This document shows, in pieces, positions 8,395 through 17,296 of a stretch of 64,000 nt of DNA. Position 1 is the stretch's first letter. Every line of letters starts with the position of its first letter. The DNA comes from Candidatus Pacebacteria bacterium CG_4_9_14_0_2_um_filter_40_15 (GTDB lineage Bacteria > Patescibacteriota > Microgenomatia > UBA1400 > PJMF01). Made by a program: the position numbers and the translations under genes. The stretch spans positions 15,009 to 79,008 of the forward strand of contig PFRS01000001.1 of NCBI GenBank assembly GCA_002788675.1. Reading direction: 5' to 3'. The notes below the pieces were generated by a model that saw only the letters and a list, made by a program, of their open reading frames with translations, was not told where the DNA came from and did no database searches.

Positions 8395-10392
8395 ATGTAC
8401 TTTTTAACCACACAACTAGATGAAGTCAAAGGGATAGGTGAAGCCTCTTTTTTGCAGCTGCAAAAAAGAGGCTTCACCACCGTAAAAGACCTCGTTCTGG
8501 CGGTACCGCTGCGGTACGAAGATAGATCACACACTGTTGCTATTGCAGAGCTGCAACCCAACACACTCATCACCATAAAAGCAACTCTCACACAAACAAA
8601 AAATTTCTACAAAGGCCGACGCAGCATGCAGTCTGCAAAGGCTACCGATTCGACTGGCAACGTTAAGTTGCAGTGGTTTAATAACCCACACGTCATTTCA
8701 AATATTAAAGAAGGAGAAGAGTACTACATTAGTGGCACCTTCAATCCAAAGTACAAAAGTATTTCGCAACCAACGATAGAAAAAGCCTACGAAAAAGATG
8801 GCAGTGCTAAAGAAAACTTGCACACTAATCGTTTGGTACCACTCTATAGCATGACCATTCCGCTCAAGCAGGGGACGCAGCGACGAATTCTTAAAGAAAT
8901 TCTTAACAACTTACGCATTCCAGATGATCTTGAGCTTCTAAACATGCGCTTGGTTGAATCCTTTGACGAAATACATTTTCCCACCACCGTTGACCACGTT
9001 ATTTTGGCTCGAGAACGACTTGCTCTCGAGGAATTGCTCTCACTCATTCATCGTTCGAAAGAAATCAAGAAAGAGTGGCTAGAACTCCATACTGCTCCGT
9101 CATTTAAAATCCCTGCAGATGTCAAAGAGGCTCTACCTGACAGCATTCCATTTATGCTAACCAAAGCACAAGAGCGATCCACCAAAGAACTGTTAGGCGA
9201 CCTTGCCCAAACAGCACCCATGAACCGACTTCTAATTGGAGACGTAGGTTCAGGAAAAACAGTCGTTGCTGGCATCGCCTGCAACCTCATAGCAGAGCAG
9301 GGCAGACATAGCGCGATTGTGGCCCCAACCAAAATTTTGGCCACCCAACATGAAGAAACGCTGCGCACCTTATTCCCAAATGCGGCCGTGCAACTCATAA
9401 CGGGTGGCCGCAAGCCACTCGAAACCCCAAAAGAACCAACTATTTTTGTGGGCACTCATGCGGTCCTTAACCGATTGGAAAGTATTGCTCCAGCATTAGT
9501 CATCTACGACGAACAACACCGATTTGGCGTGGCACAACGGTCTAAGGCACTCAATTTGGACTACATGCCGCACATCCTAACTATGTCAGCAACACCAATT
9601 CCACGTAGTCTGATGCTAACTATTTTTTCTCACCTTCAACTAAGTGTTATTAATGAAATGCCAGCTGGCCGCTTGCCTACAAAAACGTGGTTAGTCTCTG
9701 ATTCAAAGCGGGAGAGTTCATATACCTGGATGGCTGAGGAACTACTCGCACACAAAGCGCAAGCAATTGTTGTGTGTCCCTTTATTGATCCTTCAGAACA
9801 CCTAGCATTCGAAAATGTTGCTTCAGCAACTGAAACATTTAGCGCCATGACTGAGTTTATGAAAAAAAACCACCCGGGCCTTCGCCTGGGATTACTCCAT
9901 GGTCGCCAGAAAAAAACAGAACAAAACACTACTATTGAAGCCCTCTATGCTGGCGAAATTGATATCCTCGTCACCACACCAATGGTTGAAGTTGGTTTAG
10001 ACCTGAAGCGCGCCAGCATTATTGTGATCGAAGCAGCCGAGCGATTTGGGATGGCAAGCTTGCACCAGCTGCGTGGCCGCGTTGGCCGGGCCAACCAGCA
10101 AGGATATTGTCTGTTGTTCAGTAATGCCAATAGTATGAGCAGCAAGGAGCGTCTCGAGGCATTTAGTAAAGAGAATGATGGGCTTAAACTTGCAGAGCTC
10201 GATCTTAAAAATAGAGGTTCAGGGAACCTGTTTGGAACCACTCAACATGGCTTTAGTGAACTTGAGTTTGCTGACTGGGCAAATTTGGAATTGATTGGGA
10301 AAGCTCAGAAATCATTCGAAGAACTTCCAAAGACATGGAAACCACTTTTTGAGAAATCATCGGAGTCGGGTGAAACGCCGTTAGCAAACTAG
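8395..10392 (+). CDS. recG: ATP-dependent DNA helicase RecG
   Basis: Walker A (GDVGSGKTVVA), DEQH box (VIYDEQHRFG) and helicase motif VI (HQLRGRVGR). There is an N-terminal wedge-type domain and the protein is 665 aa. Confidence 0.85.
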   Translation: MYFLTTQLDEVKGIGEASFLQLQKRGFTTVKDLVLAVPLRYEDRSHTVAIAELQPNTLITIKATLTQTKNFYKGRRSMQSAKATDSTGNVKLQWFNNPHVISNIKEGEEYYISGTFNPKYKSISQPTIEKAYEKDGSAKENLHTNRLVPLYSMTIPLKQGTQRRILKEILNNLRIPDDLELLNMRLVESFDEIHFPTTVDHVILARERLALEELLSLIHRSKEIKKEWLELHTAPSFKIPADVKEALPDSIPFMLTKAQERSTKELLGDLAQTAPMNRLLIGDVGSGKTVVAGIACNLIAEQGRHSAIVAPTKILATQHEETLRTLFPNAAVQLITGGRKPLETPKEPTIFVGTHAVLNRLESIAPALVIYDEQHRFGVAQRSKALNLDYMPHILTMSATPIPRSLMLTIFSHLQLSVINEMPAGRLPTKTWLVSDSKRESSYTWMAEELLAHKAQAIVVCPFIDPSEHLAFENVASATETFSAMTEFMKKNHPGLRLGLLHGRQKKTEQNTTIEALYAGEIDILVTTPMVEVGLDLKRASIIVIEAAERFGMASLHQLRGRVGRANQQGYCLLFSNANSMSSKERLEAFSKENDGLKLAELDLKNRGSGNLFGTTQHGFSELEFADWANLELIGKAQKSFEELPKTWKPLFEKSSESGETPLAN

Positions 10393-10536
10393 AGGAAATC
10401 GGGCTTTAAAAGAACCCATATTGTCTTTTCAGCAAACAAGTGTTACTATCACACCCTCGTACCATCGAAAAATGGTATACTTTTTAGTGGAAATGAATTT
10501 GTAAGGCCAAAGGTCTTAAAAGTAGGAAAGGCACCC

Positions 10537-10698
10537 ATGGGAGCATTACCAAAAAACAAAATAACTAGTGTTGAAAGAGGCAAGCGTCGCCGAGGGAACC
10601 GTCCAACGGTAACCAAGGACACCAACAGTGCATCAGTTCCTCTTCACAAACAGTCTCTTGTTAATGATATCCTTAAAAAAGTTGGTATCAAAAAATAA
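10537..10698 (+). CDS. Small basic protein of 53 aa, probably ribosomal protein bL32 (rpmF-like). Not in the ORF track.
   Basis: MGALPKNKITSVERGKRRRGNRP fits the bL32 N-terminal pattern (A-PK-K-S--R-KRR). A GGAAAGG SD lies upstream. Its position ahead of an acp-like gene and rnc mirrors the conserved rpmF-plsX-fab-acpP-rnc neighbourhood. Confidence 0.45.
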   Translation: MGALPKNKITSVERGKRRRGNRPTVTKDTNSASVPLHKQSLVNDILKKVGIKK

Positions 10699-10710
10699 CT
10701 AAAGGACAGC

Positions 10711-11166
10711 ATGTCTGACCATCGACATCAAAAGCGCATCAAAATCATGCAAGATCTTTTTGCGTGCACATTTAGTGAGCAAAACACGGCCCTGTGTCTT
10801 GAAGAGCGCGATCCTGAATCAACTGTGTATCAAATTTTGCAAGTCATAGACGAACTTGACGAAAAGTTGCAGTCAGTCGCACCAGAACGTCCACTCCATG
10901 ATATAAACCAAGTTGACTTGGCTATCATGAGAACGACGCTCTATGAGTCAGAACATAAAGAAACGCCTAAAAAAGTACTCATCAACGAAGCAGTAGAAAT
11001 GGCAAAAGAATTTGGAAGTGAATCATCTTCTCGATTCGTCAATGGCGTTCTCGCCACCTTACTCATGCCAAATGGTGATGTTCCAGAAGAAAAAATTGAA
11101 AAAACAGAAGTTTTAGAGTCTACAGAAGAGCAACAACCAGAATCAGAACCATCAACGGAGGAATAA
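10711..11166 (+). CDS. nusB: Transcription antitermination factor NusB with an acidic C-terminal tail
   Basis: NusB-like segments: HQKRIKIMQDLF, VDLAIMRTTLYE and INEAVEMAKEFGSESSSRFVNGVL. Confidence 0.7.
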   Translation: MSDHRHQKRIKIMQDLFACTFSEQNTALCLEERDPESTVYQILQVIDELDEKLQSVAPERPLHDINQVDLAIMRTTLYESEHKETPKKVLINEAVEMAKEFGSESSSRFVNGVLATLLMPNGDVPEEKIEKTEVLESTEEQQPESEPSTEE

Positions 11167-11168
11167 TC

Positions 11169-11438
11169 ATGATTAGTGAAGAAATATACAACTCAACACT
11201 CACTTTAGTAAGAGAAATCATTTCAGCAGAAACGGGTAACGAATTTGATGAAATACTCCCAGAGATGCATCTTGAAGATGAGCTTGAAATCACAGAAGTC
11301 GATTTAGCCCGACTTATTAAAGCAATCAATACTCACTTCAACATTAATCTCGATGCAACCGAAATTGAAGAAGAGGAGAGCGTAGAAACGGTAAAAGAAC
11401 TCGCAGCTGTTGTTGCAGAAGAGGTAGAACTAGGATAA
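11169..11438 (+). CDS. Acyl-carrier-protein-like small acidic protein. The phosphopantetheine-attachment Ser appears to be replaced by Thr.
   Basis: It is 89 aa, acidic, and LEDELEITEVDLARLIKAIN aligns to the ACP segment EDLGADSLDTVELVMALE with Thr at the DSL serine position. It sits immediately upstream of rnc, as acpP does in many bacteria. Confidence 0.45.
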   Translation: MISEEIYNSTLTLVREIISAETGNEFDEILPEMHLEDELEITEVDLARLIKAINTHFNINLDATEIEEEESVETVKELAAVVAEEVELG

Positions 11439-11442
11439 TACC

Positions 11443-12120
11443 ATGCAGTTAAGCACTATTCCGACATTCCAAAACGAAGCACTCCTTGTAAAAGCACTAA
11501 CGCACCGAAGTGCTCTTAACGAAAATACTAGTTCAGCTGAAGAATCAAATGAGCGTCTCGAATTTTTAGGTGATGCCGTTCTGGAATTAATCACCACAAA
11601 ATTCCTTTTCGAAAAATTTACTACAAAACCAGAAGGTATTCTTACTGCCTATCGCAGCGCCTTAGTCAAAACCACCACGCTTGCACACACAGCTACCAAA
11701 CTTGGTCTTGGTCAAGCTCTTTTTATGAGTAAAGGTGAAGAAGCAACCGGAGGTAGAACTAATGAGGGTCTGCTTGCCGACACCATGGAAGCCGTAATCG
11801 GAGCATTATTTCTTGATCAAGGCATTGAAGTTGTCACAGAGTTCCTCATGAAAGAACTTTTTACAGAAATCGACGATATTCTCGAGAACAAACTCTATAA
11901 AGATCCAAAGAGTCATTTGCAAGAAGTTGTGCAGGCTCTGGGATTTGAAACTCCAGACTATCAGGTCACTACCGAAAAAGGTCCCGACCACGACAAAGAA
12001 TTCACCGTGCAAGTGTTTGTAAATGGGAAATCAGTCGCTATTGGCACAGGTTCCAGCAAACAACGAGCCCAACAAGATGCTGCTCAAAAAGCGCTTAAAA
12101 AATACCCCGGCGCGGTCTAG
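11443..12120 (+). CDS. rnc: Ribonuclease III
   Basis: RNase III signature ERLEFLGDAVLEL and a C-terminal dsRBD (KDPKSHLQEVVQA...GTGSSKQRAQQDAAQKAL). Confidence 0.85.
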   Translation: MQLSTIPTFQNEALLVKALTHRSALNENTSSAEESNERLEFLGDAVLELITTKFLFEKFTTKPEGILTAYRSALVKTTTLAHTATKLGLGQALFMSKGEEATGGRTNEGLLADTMEAVIGALFLDQGIEVVTEFLMKELFTEIDDILENKLYKDPKSHLQEVVQALGFETPDYQVTTEKGPDHDKEFTVQVFVNGKSVAIGTGSSKQRAQQDAAQKALKKYPGAV

Positions 12121-12150
12121 ATGCACTCTTGAGTTTTGAACAGTCCAGGT

Positions 12151-12279
12151 GTCTGGACAATAGAACTTCAAGAATCTCTTGAGGACGTCAAGGCGATTTC
12201 TATCGAGTGCACAAGTGTTGTATAGTCCGAAAGGAAGCGAGCTATTGGCGAGCGTTTCTTGAAGTTCTATTGTCCAGAC
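12151..12279 (+). ncRNA. Candidate structured RNA. A 24-bp perfect inverted repeat (12151-12174 and 12256-12279) encloses 81 nt that contain smaller hairpins. The strand is uncertain.
   Basis: gtctggacaatagaacttcaagaa ... ttcttgaagttctattgtccagac. The interior contains GUCCGAAAGGAAGCGAGC, which resembles the SRP RNA domain IV motif (GUCCGGAAGGAAGCAGC), but the rest does not fit SRP RNA. Confidence 0.3.
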
Positions 12280-12396
12280 TTCCTCTTGAGAAAATTCACA
12301 AAGTAACGTATAATTTGGGTTCTGCGTTGAAGAAACGCCAAATTAAGACATGCTCAGTCAGAACATTAGTATAAAAAAGTAAAAAAAGTATCACTT

Positions 12397-12819
12397 ATGC
12401 TTAAAATCAAACTCGCTCGATTCGGAAAACGAAATCAGCCACACTATCGTATTGTTGTTAACGAAGCACGTACCAAACGTGATGGTAAATATAAGGCCCT
12501 TTTAGGTCATTACGCTCCAACTCAGACTCCAAAAGTCCTTGAGATAAATATGGAACTCTACAAAGAGTGGTTAGCTAAAGGTGCTCAACCTACTGATACG
12601 GTTGCACATTTAGTAACTCGCTTCGAGTCTGGCACTTCATTCCCTGAAAAGAAACCAACTCTTTCTAAGAAAGCTCGAGCAAAACTCGCGCTAGCTGCAG
12701 AAGAGAAAGCAACAGCTGCTACCCAAGCTGCTGAAGCTAAAGCTGCTCCAAAAGAGGAAACTCCTGTGGAAGAGAAAGCAACCGCAGAAGAAGCTCCTGT
12801 TGAGACAACAGCAGCATAA
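12397..12819 (+). CDS. rpsP: 30S ribosomal protein S16 with an Ala/Glu/Lys-rich C-terminal extension
   Basis: MLKIKLARFGKRNQPHYRIVV matches the bS16 N-terminus. At 140 aa it carries a low-complexity tail. Confidence 0.8.
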   Translation: MLKIKLARFGKRNQPHYRIVVNEARTKRDGKYKALLGHYAPTQTPKVLEINMELYKEWLAKGAQPTDTVAHLVTRFESGTSFPEKKPTLSKKARAKLALAAEEKATAATQAAEAKAAPKEETPVEEKATAEEAPVETTAA

Positions 12820-12860
12820 ATTTTGAACCTGTACTCAGCCAATTATAGAAAGTTTTCATC

Positions 12861-13118
12861 ATGAAAAATCTGATTGAATACATCCTCATTCATCTTGTAG
12901 AACATCCAGAAGACGTCAAAGTCATTGAATCTGAAGATGATCGTGGCGCAGTCTACACTATCCACGTCAACAAAGAAGATATTGGTCGCGTCATCGGAAA
13001 AGGTGGCTCAGTTATCCAATCTATTCGCAACATCGGAAAGATCCGTGCTGTTAAAGAAGGCATCCATGCTTACATTAACCTTGCTGAAGATGATGACGAA
13101 GCAAGCGACGAAGAATAA
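12861..13118 (+). CDS. KH-domain RNA-binding protein of the UPF0109/YlqC type
   Basis: GxxG KH loop (IGRVIGKGGSVIQSIR). It is 85 aa and lies immediately downstream of rpsP, which is the conserved position. Confidence 0.65.
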   Translation: MKNLIEYILIHLVEHPEDVKVIESEDDRGAVYTIHVNKEDIGRVIGKGGSVIQSIRNIGKIRAVKEGIHAYINLAEDDDEASDEE

Positions 13119-13145
13119 TTCTTCAAAATACACTTAAAACTGATA

Positions 13146-13177
13146 TGAGCCAGGCAGAATGCCTGGCTCATTTTTTT
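13146..13177. terminator. Bidirectional intrinsic terminator between the KH-domain gene (+) and pilO (-)
   Basis: tgagccaggc-agaa-tgcctggctca, flanked by a T7 run on the plus strand and an A/T run on the minus strand. Confidence 0.65.
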
Positions 13178-13195
13178 CAATAAAAAAGCTTACCT

Positions 13196-14134
13196 TTATT
13201 CAGGTGTTCCACCGTCACCGGTAGTTACCTCAGGCGGTGGTGTAGGAGTAGAAAGGAGACCAGTATCTGTAGGTTGTTCTGTTTCAAGAGCAGGAGTTCC
13301 CTGATCGGTTTGATCCGTTTGATCACCTACATCAAGTTGTGACTTAAACTCATTTAATATTTGTAACTTATCAACTCCAAATGGATCTTCAGTGCCGCCA
13401 CCAACTATTTCAGTCTGTTCAGGCAAGTCATAATTCTGGAACTGCGCCAGAGCAGTGAGTACATTTCTATCTAGAGCCGTAAGTTTGGGAAGTGGCGCAT
13501 CAACAGTTGCTTTTATTGACTGGGTGAAGAAATAGGTACTGGTACTCAAAGTCGCTTTAATCTGACGATCACTGCCGCGATCAGCTCCGGATGCTCCCTG
13601 GCCAAGTGAAAGTTTTGTGATTGTAGTAAATGGTGAAATTTTTTCTATATCGAGTAAAAACTGCTGTAGACCATCAAATGAACCTTCAATCTCAAGCTCT
13701 AAATCAAGAGTGTCAACAGATGCTGCAGCTTGCTTAGTAGTTTTAGTGGCATCAGCACTGTCTGTAGAGATCTGGCCAGGACTGAGTTCAAAGTTGCCAA
13801 CACTGATATTGTTTGCAATAGCAATGCTGTTTAAACTAGTCAAAAACTCGAGCAAAGGTTTTTTCGAGGGCAGAGCAGAGTTAACAACATCAGCCTGGGA
13901 AAATTCAGTCGTTGAATCGATAGACTGCAGTTCTAATAACTTGGCTTGCAGTTTTTCTAGCGTAGGATGTTCTTTACTATATTTAGTGTTTAAACTCAGT
14001 GACTCTGTGATTTGAGGATAAATAGCAAAAGCAACAATAGCCATACCAAGAGCTACTAAACCAATGGTGTACACGAGCTTACGTCGTGTTATCCAAATGA
14101 TCTTGTAGTTAAATGCTGTTTTCTTTGCTGCCAT
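13196..14134 (-). CDS. pilO: PilO-like type IV pilus assembly protein with a Thr/Pro/Asp/Gln-rich C-terminal extension
   Basis: N-terminal TM segment, a coiled-coil, a periplasmic domain, and a position downstream of pilM-pilN. The call is mainly positional. Confidence 0.45.
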   Translation of the reverse strand: MAAKKTAFNYKIIWITRRKLVYTIGLVALGMAIVAFAIYPQITESLSLNTKYSKEHPTLEKLQAKLLELQSIDSTTEFSQADVVNSALPSKKPLLEFLTSLNSIAIANNISVGNFELSPGQISTDSADATKTTKQAAASVDTLDLELEIEGSFDGLQQFLLDIEKISPFTTITKLSLGQGASGADRGSDRQIKATLSTSTYFFTQSIKATVDAPLPKLTALDRNVLTALAQFQNYDLPEQTEIVGGGTEDPFGVDKLQILNEFKSQLDVGDQTDQTDQGTPALETEQPTDTGLLSTPTPPPEVTTGDGGTPE

Positions 14135-14140
14135 AGTTTC

Positions 14141-14770
14141 CTATTGATTCACTTCTTCGTTTTCTGTGGTGTCTTGTACTAAGCCTTCTTGTGCGCTTGC
14201 TGCTACGTCTTCAAGATACGTTGAACCACCAAGAATAATAGTAAGTTTAATCGAGTATGCTCCAGATTCACCACGGCCAAGATCGCTTTTCTGTACCTTT
14301 GCATACTTACTGAGAACCTCATCTGATTCTAGAACTGTAAACACGTTTTCTAAATCAAAAACACTTGGAGCTGTGAGGGTGAATGACACAATGCTGTTGT
14401 CATCTTCCGAGTAATCAATACCACTAATGATCACTTGAGGACCGAATACCTGTGAAAAATAGACCATTGCCTCTTGCTTGTCTTGACGTTTACCAAACAA
14501 GTCTGAGAGAGCACGAAGCTTATGGGCAAACACGTTATAGTCTTTTTCAACCTGTTCTTGAGCCTCAATAGCCTTACGCGCATTTGCCTGGTTATCTTTG
14601 AGCGCGTTAATTCTATACAGAAAGAAAAATCTCAGACCAATGGTAATTAAAAAAACTACGAATACTACAATCACACCAATGATGGCGTATTGAAACCACT
14701 TCTCATCCTGGACCTGTTGTGCAGTGAGACGTTTTCTTCGATTCGCAACAAAATTAATACCTTTGGCCAT
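14141..14770 (-). CDS. pilN: PilN-like fimbrial assembly protein
   Basis: 209 aa, a single N-terminal TM helix (YAIIGVIVVFVVFLITIGL), and located directly after pilM. Confidence 0.5.
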   Translation of the reverse strand: MAKGINFVANRRKRLTAQQVQDEKWFQYAIIGVIVVFVVFLITIGLRFFFLYRINALKDNQANARKAIEAQEQVEKDYNVFAHKLRALSDLFGKRQDKQEAMVYFSQVFGPQVIISGIDYSEDDNSIVSFTLTAPSVFDLENVFTVLESDEVLSKYAKVQKSDLGRGESGAYSIKLTIILGGSTYLEDVAASAQEGLVQDTTENEEVNQ

Positions 14771-14771
14771 G

Positions 14772-15779
14772 TTACATTTCTCTCAAGAGTAATCCCATAC
14801 AGACACCCATTGCAGGTGGATTAATAGTTTCAGGAATAGCGCCATCTATGCCCGTAAAAGGAGCAGCAACAAGAACTTCTGTACCCAATTCTTGCGCAAT
14901 ATACTGCACAAGATTAGGCATAGCAGCTGTACCTCCCGATAGGACAACACGCTGAATTGATTCAGTTGGATTCTGAGTCACAAAAAATTGAATTGATTTT
15001 TTCATTTCAGCTGTCAAAATCTGAAGACCAGGAAGCAACGCAGCAGCAACTTTACCCTGGAATTGAGTTTCATCAAGACCATAGGTGCGTTTGTATTTTT
15101 CAGCTTGGTGCTGGTCAAGACCGACCGTTTGTTCCAGAGCCTTGGTAAGAAGTTGACCACCATTCATATGACTGGTAACAAAAGTGAGTTCACCTTTTTG
15201 AATAATAGACATATTCATACTCGAGGCGCCCAAGTGGACAATCATTGTATTTGGATCTTCTGGAGTAAACATGAGCGAACGAATAAGTGAAATCATGTGT
15301 GTTTCAACGAGTGAAGGCTCAATACCTAAAATATGGAACATATCAACAAAACGATCGACAATTTGTTTACGAGCACCAACGAGTAAAATTCTCATTGGCT
15401 CTTTTTCCTTTTTGGGTCCACGATAGAGCACTTGGTACTCAAGAGCTAATTCTTCTGGAGGAATTGGAATATGCTGTTCGGCTTGCCACCCAATTGCTGA
15501 AGCAAGCTCTGCATCGCTGAGTGGTGGAATTTCAATGATTTTAGTTGAGATGACTGATTCAGGGAGTGAAATACGCACATCTGTTCGAGGGAGATCATTG
15601 TCAACAATAACTGATTCAATCAGATTAACGAGTTTATCTTGACTAACATCGTCGGTCGGAACAGCAATACCTGTCGTGTTAAAAACTTCGGCAATACGTT
15701 CAATTTTGGGCTTTGGACCAGCAGTTCCAGCAATTGCTTTTATACTGTAGGTTCCAATATCAAGTGCGAGTGTAGACAT
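14772..15779 (-). CDS. pilM: Type IV pilus assembly ATPase-like protein PilM (actin-like fold)
   Basis: N-terminal LALDIGTYSIKAIAG phosphate-1-like motif, 335 aa, and the pilMNO gene order. Confidence 0.75.
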   Translation of the reverse strand: MSTLALDIGTYSIKAIAGTAGPKPKIERIAEVFNTTGIAVPTDDVSQDKLVNLIESVIVDNDLPRTDVRISLPESVISTKIIEIPPLSDAELASAIGWQAEQHIPIPPEELALEYQVLYRGPKKEKEPMRILLVGARKQIVDRFVDMFHILGIEPSLVETHMISLIRSLMFTPEDPNTMIVHLGASSMNMSIIQKGELTFVTSHMNGGQLLTKALEQTVGLDQHQAEKYKRTYGLDETQFQGKVAAALLPGLQILTAEMKKSIQFFVTQNPTESIQRVVLSGGTAAMPNLVQYIAQELGTEVLVAAPFTGIDGAIPETINPPAMGVCMGLLLREM

Positions 15780-15814
15780 AGGGCAGGCTTTCTTGTCTTA
15801 ATATGAATAGTTTC

Positions 15815-16612
15815 TTACGGATTTTGTGTAATACTAGCTCCTGAGTACAACGCATAGTCCATATATGCAGGACCCGTTGGTAATGTACGCGACACTTCAA
15901 TATTTCGTTCCTCATCGCCTTCTGAATATGTGCCTGTTGAAGAAATGACGTGATATTGAGTTGGGAACCCAACTCCACCAGATATTTTAATGTCGGTATC
16001 GGCGTACACAGGTTTAATTCTCATGAAAAGAGGGTTCGGCGGAAGAGATTGATTAAAGGGTGATCCAACAGAGGTAATGGTAAATTGATGGCGATAGGTG
16101 TTACTAGCACCGGTTGCCGTCCCGTCAAAAAAGTTATCTGAGTCATGACCATTGCATGTTGGTCCAAATGGAATTACTTTTGTACGAACCGTAGCTGGAT
16201 TAGTAGTTGTATCACTGTAAAAAATATTTGCAACTAATGATGCACGCTCAGAACAATCTGCTTCGGATGCCCACTCAAAATTTACACCACTGGTATAGCC
16301 AGTCAAGTCGATATGGACACTTGCACCTTCTGCAACTCGAGTATCGAGCGTGCTACTGCCAGTAACATTATAGGCGACATCAACACCATCGATAGATAAC
16401 GTACCTTGGCCTTGCAACTCACTCAATGCTTGTTCAATTCCAGATTCAGCAGCATTAAAAACACGGGCACTTTCAGACTGCTGATCGGAAAGAAACAGTT
16501 CTTGGGTTGTTCGTGTTGCTAAAGACAAACCAATGGTAAGTAAAACTACCATAATGAGCAGCACTACAACAGCGACTTGTCCAGATTGGGGAGTGGTTTT
16601 TTTATTTTGCAT
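15815..16612 (-). CDS. PilX-like pilus assembly or minor-pilin-associated protein
   Basis: The N-terminus QSGQVAVVVLLIMVVLLTIGLSLATRT...AAESGIEQAL matches the PilX N-terminal domain pattern. Confidence 0.45.
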   Translation of the reverse strand: MQNKKTTPQSGQVAVVVLLIMVVLLTIGLSLATRTTQELFLSDQQSESARVFNAAESGIEQALSELQGQGTLSIDGVDVAYNVTGSSTLDTRVAEGASVHIDLTGYTSGVNFEWASEADCSERASLVANIFYSDTTTNPATVRTKVIPFGPTCNGHDSDNFFDGTATGASNTYRHQFTITSVGSPFNQSLPPNPLFMRIKPVYADTDIKISGGVGFPTQYHVISSTGTYSEGDEERNIEVSRTLPTGPAYMDYALYSGASITQNP

Positions 16613-16723
16613 AGTACGTACACACTACTACTATGCATCATCATACCCTAAAAACTAGGTCACTCGCAAGGGGAGAGATGAGGAAAAAATTTGGAACTTT
16701 TTGCAGAAAATTATTGCTGAAAA

Positions 16724-17287
16724 TTAACGATACTCTTCGTTATCTTCCATATCCTTTTGAATCAGGTTACGAAGATACACAGATCGTGGAATTTTTTTAT
16801 TCTTTGCAATCCAGTCAAGGTAGTTTCCGATGGCAGGGGAGATGAAGAAGTTGAAGCGGACGTCTGCTGATTCGGCAGCATTCTCAAGAATGATATCGAG
16901 CACATCATCAATGGTGTCTTCATTGTAACCAACAATTTGCAATTTTTCTTTTTCAACACCCTTAATACTATTTGGTGGGTTTGATTTTTTGTCATTATAC
17001 AAAGCAATAACCGGTTTATGTAATGAGACAGCTACTGCAAGCTCATAACCAATACTAATATCTGGTTTAGTTGTTTCAAAGACAACTACATCGGCTGTTT
17101 TTATCCAATTCATAGATCGCTCGACATAAAACTTTGCCTCTTGAGGACTTTCCTTATCTATATCATCAAGAGTTCTACTAAGATAATGGTCTGTAACTAA
17201 TGAATGGTCAAGCTTGTGAATAAACTGACAAATTTTTTTAAAATCAGATTTATCACCATCTACCGCTGCTGCGAAGTGTACTTTCAT
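16724..17287 (-). CDS. Paralog A: DNPH1/Rcl-like (nucleoside 2-deoxyribosyltransferase family) domain fused to a C-terminal ribbon-helix-helix DNA-binding domain. The catalytic Glu is retained.
   Basis: VVVFETTKPDISIGYELAVAVSLHKPVIALY matches the Rcl/NDT core (PSLGVGYELGRAVALGKPIL), including the nucleophile Glu in GYEL. The C-terminal DVRFNFFISPAIGNYLDWIAKNKKIPRSVYLRNLIQ is a typical RHH (beta strand followed by two helices). Confidence 0.5.
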   Translation of the reverse strand: MKVHFAAAVDGDKSDFKKICQFIHKLDHSLVTDHYLSRTLDDIDKESPQEAKFYVERSMNWIKTADVVVFETTKPDISIGYELAVAVSLHKPVIALYNDKKSNPPNSIKGVEKEKLQIVGYNEDTIDDVLDIILENAAESADVRFNFFISPAIGNYLDWIAKNKKIPRSVYLRNLIQKDMEDNEEYR

Positions 17288-17296
17288 ATTAACATC

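Noticed and set aside
10462-10495. Promoter upstream of the rpmF-like ORF (extended -10 TGGTATACT at 10473-10481)
   Set aside because: No convincing -35 element at 16-19 bp spacing, which is too weak to list as a feature
12151-12279. Identification of the inverted-repeat RNA as SRP (4.5S) RNA, based on the GUCCGAAAGGAAGCGAGC motif
   Set aside because: The 5' strand lacks the conserved AGG of the symmetric loop, the two sides of the putative helix are extremely asymmetric (about 53 nt against 23 nt), and the terminal stem is a perfect 24-bp duplex, which is unlike SRP RNA. It is kept only as a generic structured-RNA candidate.
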